Assembly: GCA_018651445.1 (NCBI GenBank)
Contig: JABIDZ010000089.1
Span: 1-32,121, forward strand
Source: Candidatus Iainarchaeum sp.
GTDB taxonomy: Archaea > Iainarchaeota > Iainarchaeia > Iainarchaeales > JAAZKV01
Reading direction: 5' to 3'
Length of the DNA stretch: 32,121 nt
The translations under genes were made by a program, and so were the position numbers. Shown here piece by piece: positions 6,916 to 15,017 of the stretch (the stretch's first letter is position 1; every line of letters starts with the position of its first letter). The notes under the pieces were generated by a model. The model was not told where the DNA came from. It saw only the letters and a program-made list of their open reading frames with translations, and searched no databases.

Positions 6916-9900
6916 TTATTTTCTTCTTCCAAAGATTATCAAAACTACTATTATGATAATTAATACGGCGATAATTGTTAATATTGTCTCGAAGTCTTGT
7001 TGTTTAACGGGCGGGTCCATTGCGTCCAATGCTAATTGATTTGCAGTTTCATAATTGTCTTGGTTTAACGCGAGTATTGCTTGTTCGTATTGAGTAATTA
7101 ATTCTGGTTCTTCAATTGTTTTTGTTTTTAATAATGCAATAGTTATTTGTGCAGTTGCTTTTTCTTCTTCACCGTTACTGATTGATTGTTGGGCTTGTTG
7201 TAAAAGAGTTATTGCTTCATCATCTTGAGAGTTATTTATTTTTTCAATTATTTCTGTTGTTGTAAAATCATATATTGTTTGATTATTAGTTGGCGGGGGG
7301 GTTGGATCGGGTTGATTGGGTAAGTTTTGTGGTAATCCATCTGGGTAATATACTTGGGCACATTCATTTAGTATACACTCTTGATTACCTGTACAATCAT
7401 CATTTGTTTGACAGCGAATGATATCCGGTATGTTATTCGTTTCTTTTGGCGTACATGAAATTGTTTCTTGCGCTTTATGTGTTACTCCTCCCTGACAATC
7501 CGTATTCGTTCGTGTCCAATGCTTTGTTTGTGTTCCTGTTTCAGGGCAAACCGCAGGTTCTATTCTTGATTCCCAATCATCTTGATTACAATACTCCGGT
7601 TGTTCTTGTTCAGCGTCACAAGTAATTATTTCGTTGGCATATATTATTCCATTATTACAATCATTAATTTTTGTCCATTGCTTTGTTTGAGTTCCATTAG
7701 TGCATGGAGTCATTTCAAATGACCAATGTGAATCAGTACATGTTGGAATTGTTTCACACGTCTTTGTTAAATCGATTGGTTGTCCTTGACAAGTTTCAAC
7801 AGTAGTTAATGTTGCTGTTCGTGTTTCTATTCCATTGGCACAGGTTCCATAATTTGAATATGTGTATTGACATTGTGGTGCATTATAATTACAAAGAATA
7901 ATTTCATCGGTTTTTGTTATTCCATTTTGACAATTTGTTACTTTAAAATACTTTTTTGTTTGTTCGCCAATTGAAGGGCAAGTTGCTGGTTCTAAATAAA
8001 AATCCCAGTGGTCGTCTGTACAAATTGGGGTGTGTGTACAACTTCGGATTAGCGCGTCTGGATTTCCTCCGTGGCATGTTGTTGGTGTTTTTGTTAATAT
8101 GGTTTTTGTTTGTGTTCCTGTTTGTGGGCATGTTGTTGGTGTCCAGTTGGTGTATGTGAAGTTGGTGCAGGTGGGTGCTTGGTAGTCACAAGATACGGAT
8201 TCGGTTGTTGGTTTTTGTATTCCGTTTTGGCAGTTGTTTGTTTTGTACCATGTTCGGATTAGTGTGTTTGTGTTTTGGCATGTTCCGTCTGTTGATGTCC
8301 AGTGGTCGTCTGTGCAAGTTGGTATGTATGTGCATGTGCGGGTTAATGATTCGGGGTTTCCGTTTTGGCATGTTGTGGGTGTGGTTGTTTGTATTGTGCG
8401 TGTTTGTGTTGTTGATTGTGGGCATGTTGTTGGTGTCCAGTCAGAGTAAGTAAAGTTAGTGCATGTTGGTGCTTGGTAGGCACAACTAATTTCTTCAGTT
8501 GTAGGGTGTTGTATCCCAGACACGCAGTTTGCGGTTTGTGTCCATGTACGTGTTTTTGTATTTGTTGGTTGACACGATTCATCGTTATATGTCCAGTTAT
8601 TGTCTGTGCAAATTGGTTGTGTGCCGGGATAGACATTTGGGTTAGCATCATCGATGTCACTGCCGTGCGTATTACAAGTTAAGGAACTCCATCGCCAGCC
8701 GGTTCCGATGTTTGAACTTGTTTCTTTTTGGTACCAGTTATGTCCGCCGTCCTCATATAACCATACGCCGTTTGCAACCCAGTTTCTCGGTATCTTCCAA
8801 TTCGCATTATACATCCAGGTATAAAATCTATTATTTGTTGGACACATCATTTGTATGTCTGGATAGGTGTCTTGATCATCATCGCACCCCTCATCTATTT
8901 CGCCATCATAATCATCATCAAAACTATTACAAATTTCCCCTGAATAAAATTGACTAAATGTCCAGTTTTCACTTTTATTAGTTCGTATTAATGCGGCTGC
9001 ACCGTATGCGTCCCAAACAGGAAAGTATTGCATAAAATCTCTCTGGGTTAAAATATAATATGCATTAGCTACGATTCTATCGTCATTATCCGTAATTGAT
9101 TTGATTTCTGAGAAAATATCTGGAAATGAACTCTGTGCAGGTATTGAACCATACCCAAATTCGTTAACGTAGATTTTCCCAGAAAAATTATTTTTTATAT
9201 CTTCAATAATTGATTGGGTATATGTTGAATACTTTGCTTTTGTTTCGGTTGTATTATCGGAATATGCATGCATACTAGCATAATTATATTTTGAATTAAC
9301 TGTCGATATTGAGCTAAGCCAATTATTAACGCCTAGTCCCCAAAGATTTGTTTCCTCGATTCCGGCTACGGCGCCCAAGATTGTTATTTTTCCGTCTTGT
9401 TTAAACTTATCTCCAAAATAGTCCAAAAATTCTATTGCTCTGTTTTTCCAGAATGTTCTTTCCGATTCATTATTCATCCAACAATCATTGCTAGGTAAAC
9501 AAGACGGGTTGCAACTAAGAATATGGTTAGGCATCAGGTTTGGTTCATTCAAAACTTCGATTATCTTGAAATCATTTTTATATCGGTCCATTAGATCTGA
9601 GTTTAATCCAAAAATTAGCCAATCGGGCGCATCTCCTCTCCAATTTAAGAAATTATTGGGATCGTCAGTTAGTTGCTTACAGTTTGTAAAATTATCGGCA
9701 TAATAATAATTGTCCCTGAATTCGAATAAGTTAAAGAAATTCTCTTTTTCAGTAGCACCCATGTCAGCAAATAATGTTTGTTGGAAAAGGTATGTTTGCA
9801 AATATGGTGTTGCAGGGATTTTTCTATCTGTCAAAGATTCATAAAATGCATCGACGATGTTAAGTGATTCTTGATATACACAATTGTATAAATCCCTGCT

Positions 9901-10479
9901 AAAACAAGTCTTTGGATTAAGACTTGGGAGCGTTCCAAATCGAATAAACTTTGCACCCGCTTTTTTTGCATTTAATGACACTTGTTCAGCATTTTGTAAA
10001 GATGCTGCACCAAAAGTAATTTCGTCATTAATCCCGAAAAGACCGTCTTTTACTTCGGCCTTTTTTGCGATACTTTCAATTTCGGCATATCTGCCAGAAG
10101 GAAAATGTGTAGATCTAGAATCTATACTGCTTGTTATTTCTAAACTACTGCAATCTGAACTATTAGTAAAAATTACTTTTGGGTAAATATTTCCTGCCTT
10201 GTGATAATAGAGGTCTATGTAGAAATTTGTTTCTTCCCCCGGGTGTATTTCACGGTATCTAATAAGTTTGTCTGAACCTTGTTCAATGAAAACTTCAGCG
10301 ATAATTGTTCCTGAAGAAAAAGCTCCGTTGCATGAAATATGCAAATCAAGGAAATTTTGATTATTTGGAACATATGTTGTATTATCCGTCCAAATCGTAT
10401 AACTTGATAGATTTGTGCTTTGCGAATATACTTGTCCCATTATGCAAATAAATAAGATTATTACAAATAACTTTTTCAT
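6916..10479 (-). CDS. Large membrane-anchored surface protein with a clan GH-A-like glycoside hydrolase domain and Cys/Thr-rich repeats
   Basis: Signal peptide; EVLNEPN, SMHAY and IYVNEFGY motifs; EICNSFDDDYDGEIDEGC metal-binding-like motif; repeated CT..W..C...TQTRT units; C-terminal TM followed by RRK. Confidence 0.75.
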   Translation of the reverse strand: MKKLFVIILFICIMGQVYSQSTNLSSYTIWTDNTTYVPNNQNFLDLHISCNGAFSSGTIIAEVFIEQGSDKLIRYREIHPGEETNFYIDLYYHKAGNIYPKVIFTNSSDCSSLEITSSIDSRSTHFPSGRYAEIESIAKKAEVKDGLFGINDEITFGAASLQNAEQVSLNAKKAGAKFIRFGTLPSLNPKTCFSRDLYNCVYQESLNIVDAFYESLTDRKIPATPYLQTYLFQQTLFADMGATEKENFFNLFEFRDNYYYADNFTNCKQLTDDPNNFLNWRGDAPDWLIFGLNSDLMDRYKNDFKIIEVLNEPNLMPNHILSCNPSCLPSNDCWMNNESERTFWKNRAIEFLDYFGDKFKQDGKITILGAVAGIEETNLWGLGVNNWLSSISTVNSKYNYASMHAYSDNTTETKAKYSTYTQSIIEDIKNNFSGKIYVNEFGYGSIPAQSSFPDIFSEIKSITDNDDRIVANAYYILTQRDFMQYFPVWDAYGAAALIRTNKSENWTFSQFYSGEICNSFDDDYDGEIDEGCDDDQDTYPDIQMMCPTNNRFYTWMYNANWKIPRNWVANGVWLYEDGGHNWYQKETSSNIGTGWRWSSLTCNTHGSDIDDANPNVYPGTQPICTDNNWTYNDESCQPTNTKTRTWTQTANCVSGIQHPTTEEISCAYQAPTCTNFTYSDWTPTTCPQSTTQTRTIQTTTPTTCQNGNPESLTRTCTYIPTCTDDHWTSTDGTCQNTNTLIRTWYKTNNCQNGIQKPTTESVSCDYQAPTCTNFTYTNWTPTTCPQTGTQTKTILTKTPTTCHGGNPDALIRSCTHTPICTDDHWDFYLEPATCPSIGEQTKKYFKVTNCQNGITKTDEIILCNYNAPQCQYTYSNYGTCANGIETRTATLTTVETCQGQPIDLTKTCETIPTCTDSHWSFEMTPCTNGTQTKQWTKINDCNNGIIYANEIITCDAEQEQPEYCNQDDWESRIEPAVCPETGTQTKHWTRTNTDCQGGVTHKAQETISCTPKETNNIPDIIRCQTNDDCTGNQECILNECAQVYYPDGLPQNLPNQPDPTPPPTNNQTIYDFTTTEIIEKINNSQDDEAITLLQQAQQSISNGEEEKATAQITIALLKTKTIEEPELITQYEQAILALNQDNYETANQLALDAMDPPVKQQDFETILTIIAVLIIIIVVLIIFGRRK

Positions 10480-10626
10480 ATTTCAATAGCGTATTTATCG
10501 TATAAAAACATGAGCTTCGTTGGTATAACTGAGAATTAGGAATTTGATTTCTATTTTTTTATCCTTCTTTTTCATTTAAAAACTTTTTCATCGTTAAATT
10601 CATTATAATTCGATATTGGTGAGTAA

Positions 10627-10818
10627 ATGCAATTGAATATAAAAGAAACTTGGAGCAAATTCATTTCTGATAGTAGAAGAATCTTGGTTGTTTCAAGAAA
10701 ACCTACGATGGATGAGTACAAGAAAATGGCTCTAATCATTGCTCTTGGAATGGTTATTATTGGCATAATGGGTTTTATAGTACAGCTATTCTTTGTATTG
10801 ACTGGGCTAGGGATCTAA
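10627..10818 (+). CDS. secE: Protein translocase subunit SecE/Sec61-gamma
   Basis: RRILVVSRKPTMDEY followed by a TM with IG.MGF; conserved gene context. Confidence 0.93.
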   Translation: MQLNIKETWSKFISDSRRILVVSRKPTMDEYKKMALIIALGMVIIGIMGFIVQLFFVLTGLGI

Positions 10819-10905
10819 AGGGTAGGAATTTAAAGTTAAGGGTAGCGAATTATATTAGTATAATGGCATTTAATTTAATATTATAAAGGATTTGAAGGTG
10901 AGCAA

Positions 10906-11343
10906 ATGATTTTTCCGGTTAGAACAACAGTTGGACAAGAACAAATGGTTGTAGACATCTTAGGCGCTAAGATAACAAAAGAAGAACTAAATATTTATTC
11001 TATTGCAGTTGTTCCAGGATTAAAAGGTTATATTTTAATCGAAGCAGATAACGAAATAACTGTTAGACGAGGAATTACTGATACTCCACACGTAAGAGGA
11101 TCAGGAATAGTAAAAGGCGCAGTTCACATAGATGAATTAGCTGGAATGCTAGAAGCAAAACCATTAATGAAGACTCTTGAAGAAGGACAAAAAGTAGAAA
11201 TTATTAGCGGTCCATTCAAAGGAGAAAAAGCTAAGATTACTAGGGTAAACGCAGCAAAAGAAGAAGTAGTAGTAGAATTACTTGAAGCCGCAGTAAAAAT
11301 CCCGGTTACAATCAAAGCTGAGAACATAAAAATCGTAAATTAA
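10906..11343 (+). CDS. spt5: Transcription elongation factor Spt5
   Basis: VRTTVGQE, LKGYILIEA and the KOW motif VEIISGPFKGEKAKI. Confidence 0.95.
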   Translation: MIFPVRTTVGQEQMVVDILGAKITKEELNIYSIAVVPGLKGYILIEADNEITVRRGITDTPHVRGSGIVKGAVHIDELAGMLEAKPLMKTLEEGQKVEIISGPFKGEKAKITRVNAAKEEVVVELLEAAVKIPVTIKAENIKIVN

Positions 11344-11444
11344 ACTTTTAAAAAAAGTTTAAGCAAAAATCGACCATCTGAAGATGGCCGTGTTAATGTT
11401 ACACAAATTAAAGGAAAAACTTCGAAAAATTGGAGAATGATAAT

Positions 11445-11912
11445 ATGGGAGATATAAAAATAATGGTAAGTGGAGGAAAAGCAAATGCTGGTCCGCCATT
11501 AGGTCCTGCGTTAGCTCCGACCGGAGTTAATATAGGAGAAGTAGTTGCAAAAATAAACGAGAAAACATCGTCGTTTGATGGAATGCAAGTTCCAGTAACA
11601 GTAAAAATTAATGGAGACAAGAGTTTTGAAATAACTGTTGGTTTACCTCCTACTAGTGCATTGATAAAAAAAGAAGTTAATGCAAAAAAAGGAGCAGCTA
11701 ACCCAAAAACAGATGTTGTTGGAAATCTTACAATCGAACAAGTGAAAAAAGTTGCAGAACAAAAATATGACGCTTTGAACTCAACTGAACCAAAAGCAAG
11801 TGCAAAAGAAATCATGGGCGTTTGCAATTCAATGGGTGTTACTGTAGAAGGTTTACGCGCAAAATTAGCTATCAAAGCACTTAACGACGGAAAGTTTGAT
11901 TCAAAATTTTAG
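11445..11912 (+). CDS. rpl11: 50S ribosomal protein L11 (uL11)
   Basis: GGKANAGPPLGPAL, VPVTV and PPTSALIKKE motifs. Confidence 0.96.
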   Translation: MGDIKIMVSGGKANAGPPLGPALAPTGVNIGEVVAKINEKTSSFDGMQVPVTVKINGDKSFEITVGLPPTSALIKKEVNAKKGAANPKTDVVGNLTIEQVKKVAEQKYDALNSTEPKASAKEIMGVCNSMGVTVEGLRAKLAIKALNDGKFDSKF

Positions 11913-11925
11913 GAATTGACGTTTG

Positions 11926-12027
11926 TTTTATAAAGCTTTCACAACGCATTTAATTTACATTTAAGCCTGATTTTCAGGCCGCATCTCCTAATTTGGAGAG
12001 ATACCGCTTTGGCGGAAGGTGTTAAAC
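11926..12027 (+). promoter_or_regulatory. TATA box and structured leader (about 70 nt) of rpl1-rpl10-rpl12
   Basis: TTTTATAAA at 11926-11934, hairpins at 11965-11979, 11984-11999 and 12004-12015, then an AAGGTG SD. Confidence 0.5.
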
Positions 12028-12687
12028 ATGAAAAAAAGTGAAGCGATTGAAGCAGTAAAGAAAATGCGAGAAAATTCTAAGGCTCGAAAGTTTTCTCAAA
12101 GCGTAGAACTAATGATTAATTTCACTGGGCTTGACATGAAAAAACCTCAGAACCAGGTTAATGTTAAAGTTGAATTACCTAATAGCACTGGAAAAGGTAG
12201 TGGAAAAATTTGTATTTTTACTAAAACAGATGCTTTTGCAACACAAGTAAAAGGCAAAGCAGATCTAATTGTAAGCGAAAAAGAAATCGAAGCGTTATCT
12301 AAAAACAAATCAAAGATGGCTGAACTAATTAATTTTGATGCATTATTTGCTGAAGGAGCAGTAATGCTAACTGTAGCAAAATTCTTGGGACAACAATTAG
12401 CTCCTAAAGGAAAAATGCCAAAACCAGTTATGAATATTGCTAATTTTGCTGAGACATTAGCAAAAGCAAAAACACAAGTTACTATTTCTAATAAAAAAGG
12501 AAAATTTATGCCAGTTGTGCACAGCATGATTGGAAAAGAAGATATGACTGATGAACAAATCATTGACAATATGATGGTTGTTTACGAAACAGTTCGTGAT
12601 TCATTACCTCAGAAAAAACAAAACATCAAAAGTGTGTTTGTAAAAATGACTATGGGGCCTCCAATGAGAATAGGTGAAGTACAATGA
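12028..12687 (+). CDS. rpl1: 50S ribosomal protein L1 (uL1)
   Basis: RKFSQSVELMINF, LGQQLAPKGKMPKP and KMTMGPP motifs. Confidence 0.96.
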   Translation: MKKSEAIEAVKKMRENSKARKFSQSVELMINFTGLDMKKPQNQVNVKVELPNSTGKGSGKICIFTKTDAFATQVKGKADLIVSEKEIEALSKNKSKMAELINFDALFAEGAVMLTVAKFLGQQLAPKGKMPKPVMNIANFAETLAKAKTQVTISNKKGKFMPVVHSMIGKEDMTDEQIIDNMMVVYETVRDSLPQKKQNIKSVFVKMTMGPPMRIGEVQ

Positions 12688-13844
12688 CTTCGCATAATCG
12701 AAAATGGAAAGAAGCAAAGCTTGCAGAAATTACTGAGCTTGTAAAAGAATATCCGTTTGTTGCAGTAGCAACATTAAACGAATTACCTGCTAGTATTGTA
12801 TCGGTTCTTAGAAAAAGATTGAAAGGAGACGCAGTAATTGTTGTTTCAAAATTACGTGTTGTACAAAGAGCTTTTGAAGCTGCGGGATTAAAAGATGATA
12901 AATTAAATGGTTTAATCAAAGACAGTGTTGCAATTATTTTTTCAAACAAAAATCCGTTTGAATTATTTTCATTTATTAAAAAGAACAAAGGAGATGCAAC
13001 TGCAAAAACAGGCGACATTGCAATAGCCGATATTGAAGTTCAAGCAGGAGACACAGGTTTGCCTCCAGGACCAGCTCTATCAATTCTAAAAGGTGCTGGA
13101 TTAAAAGTTGCGGTACAAGGGCCAACTATTAGTATTGTTAAAGACAAGATCGTTACAAAAAAAGGAGAAGAAGTAATTTCCGTAGTAGCAGATGTTCTTG
13201 GAAAATTAAATATGAAACCAATGAAAGTTGGGATGAAAGTTTTAGGTATCTTAGACAAAGCAGAAAAACAATTTTATTTAGCAGATGTACTTGATGTTGA
13301 TGAAGAAGAATTATTCAACAAATTTGTTACAGCTTATGGACAAGCTCTAAACTTAGCTGTTGAAGCAGAAATCTTCAACGAAGCAAGTACAGAAGTAATC
13401 CTAATCAAAGCAGAGAGAGAAGCAAAAGCAGTGGACGATTCACTTGACTTAGATGCTCCTGCTAGCGAAAAGAAAGAAGAAGTTGTTGAAGAGAAAAAGG
13501 AAGAAGTTGTTGAAGAAAAGAAAGAAGAAACAATTGAAGAACCAAAAGAAGAAGTTAAAGTTGAAGAAGTTGCTGAACAAGCAACCGAAGAAAAAGTTGA
13601 AGAAGCAAAAGAAGTTGTTGAAGAAACTGATACTGAAAAAGAAGCCCAAGAAGTTGCAGAACAAGTAAACGATGCAACTGAAGAAAAGCAAGAAGAAGTG
13701 CAGGCTGAAGCTAGCGAGAAAAAAGAAGAAACTGCCGAAGCAAAGGTTGAAGAAACAAACACTGCTGAAGTAGATAAAGAAGCAGCTGAATTAGCTGAAC
13801 AAGCAACTGATGAAGAAAAAAAGAAAACTGAGGGAGAAAATTAA
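12684..13844 (+). CDS. rpl10: 50S ribosomal protein L10 (uL10/P0) with a long acidic tail
   Basis: NPFELF, AGDTGLPPGP and LGKLNMKP motifs. Overlaps the rpl1 stop (ATGA). Confidence 0.94.
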   Translation: MTSHNRKWKEAKLAEITELVKEYPFVAVATLNELPASIVSVLRKRLKGDAVIVVSKLRVVQRAFEAAGLKDDKLNGLIKDSVAIIFSNKNPFELFSFIKKNKGDATAKTGDIAIADIEVQAGDTGLPPGPALSILKGAGLKVAVQGPTISIVKDKIVTKKGEEVISVVADVLGKLNMKPMKVGMKVLGILDKAEKQFYLADVLDVDEEELFNKFVTAYGQALNLAVEAEIFNEASTEVILIKAEREAKAVDDSLDLDAPASEKKEEVVEEKKEEVVEEKKEETIEEPKEEVKVEEVAEQATEEKVEEAKEVVEETDTEKEAQEVAEQVNDATEEKQEEVQAEASEKKEETAEAKVEETNTAEVDKEAAELAEQATDEEKKKTEGEN

Positions 13845-13877
13845 TTTTAAAAATTATTTTTGAGAGGTGAAGAAGTT

Positions 13878-14174
13878 ATGGAATATGTGTACGCAGCAAT
13901 GTTACTTCATAAATCTGGTAAAGATGTTGATGAAGCAGGTGTTGAAGGTATTTTGAAGGCAGCAGGTGTTGAATTCGATAATGCTAAAGTAAAAGCAATG
14001 GTTGCAGCAATCAAAAACATCAATATTGATGAAGCGATTGAGAAAGCAGCAGTAGCACCCGCAGCAGCTCCGGCAGCAGCAGGAAAAACTGAAGAAGCAG
14101 ACGAAGAACCTGAAGAAGACGCTGGAAAGAAAGAAGAAGAAGCGGCAGCAGGACTAGGTGCTCTATTCGGATAA
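13878..14174 (+). CDS. rpl12: Ribosomal stalk protein P1/L12
   Basis: [11 protein letters not shown]...[13 protein letters not shown], with a GAGGTGA SD. Confidence 0.97.
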   Translation: MEYVYAAMLLHKSGKDVDEAGVEGILKAAGVEFDNAKVKAMVAAIKNINIDEAIEKAAVAPAAAPAAAGKTEEADEEPEEDAGKKEEEAAAGLGALFG

Positions 14175-14182
14175 ATTTCACT

Positions 14183-14214
14183 TACACGGGTTGTGGGCAA
14201 CTGCAATCCATGTA
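14183..14214 (+). terminator. GCAA-tetraloop hairpin after rpl12
   Basis: TACACGGGTTGTGG-GCAA-CTGCAATCCATGTA pairs with G-U wobbles on the + strand and is followed by T tracts. Confidence 0.55.
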
Positions 14215-14377
14215 GTTTTATTTTTCTAGGTTTAGCCCAAAACTATTTTTTAAATTAGCATAATTTGCGCAATTGACGAACTTTTGAGCGTTAATAGTTA
14301 GACAATTGACTTACAAATTTCTTGCAGTGAATAGATTCTGAAAAGATTTATAAAGAATAAAGTAGGAATAATATTGA

Positions 14378-14490
14378 AGTGATTTTAGAGAGGTTGCTTC
14401 ATTAAAAAGTGGGAGACAAGTGTTCACCAACTGGAGAGGTGCTTTACGGAATCGTAATTATTGGTTCTCCCACTTTATATTTTCTTTTTT
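14378..14490 (+). ncRNA. Candidate small structured RNA
   Basis: BRE/TATA-like aaaagaTTTATAAA at 14341-14354, an 11-bp closing stem (14406-14416/14466-14476) and a 3' T tract. No convincing ORF. Confidence 0.35.
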
Positions 14491-14553
14491 CTATTCGAAT
14501 TTGTTTAAGACGTATTGAAAAAAGTTCTTGAAAAAAATATGATTTATTTGTTT

Positions 14554-14874
14554 TTACTCGTTATGTAAATTATCTCGAAGAATTACCTTATTTGTCAGTT
14601 CAATCAGTTCTTGAGATGGAGCTTCTTCGCCGCGAAATATTTTGTTTGCGCGTTGTCGAAGTTCAGACACATCTGGTTTTCCCTGAAGTCGTGACAGGCG
14701 TTGCAACGCCTTAGTAATTGCATCTATTTGTGCCGCTCTAACACGTGCAATAATAGCGCTGCGTGCAGTGCGTGCTGGTCTGGAAAAACTACATTTAGCT
14801 AGACCGGGCATAGCCTCTAAACCAGCTACATTTGGAGTATCCAATTTGTAATTACCTATCCTCGTTGGACGCAT
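14554..14874 (-). CDS. Hypothetical basic protein
   Basis: 106-aa ORF filling an intergenic gap, with a TTTAAATA box about 25 nt upstream. No family recognised. Confidence 0.6.
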   Translation of the reverse strand: MRPTRIGNYKLDTPNVAGLEAMPGLAKCSFSRPARTARSAIIARVRAAQIDAITKALQRLSRLQGKPDVSELRQRANKIFRGEEAPSQELIELTNKVILRDNLHNE

Positions 14875-15017
14875 AAAAAGAGTTAATTGTAGTTCTATTT
14901 AAATGTTTCTGGATAACTCGCAGGGTCATGCTACTACAACGATTTTAATCTATTAAAAAGCCTTATAAAGAACTTCAAATTTCTATATAATAGTAATAAT
15001 TTATTGTATTAGTTTGA

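Noticed and set aside
7500..8680. DGR template/variable repeats, or real overlapping ORFs in the surface protein gene
   Set aside because: The repeats are in-frame protein modules, no reverse transcriptase is present, and the alternative ORFs reflect Thr-rich codon bias.
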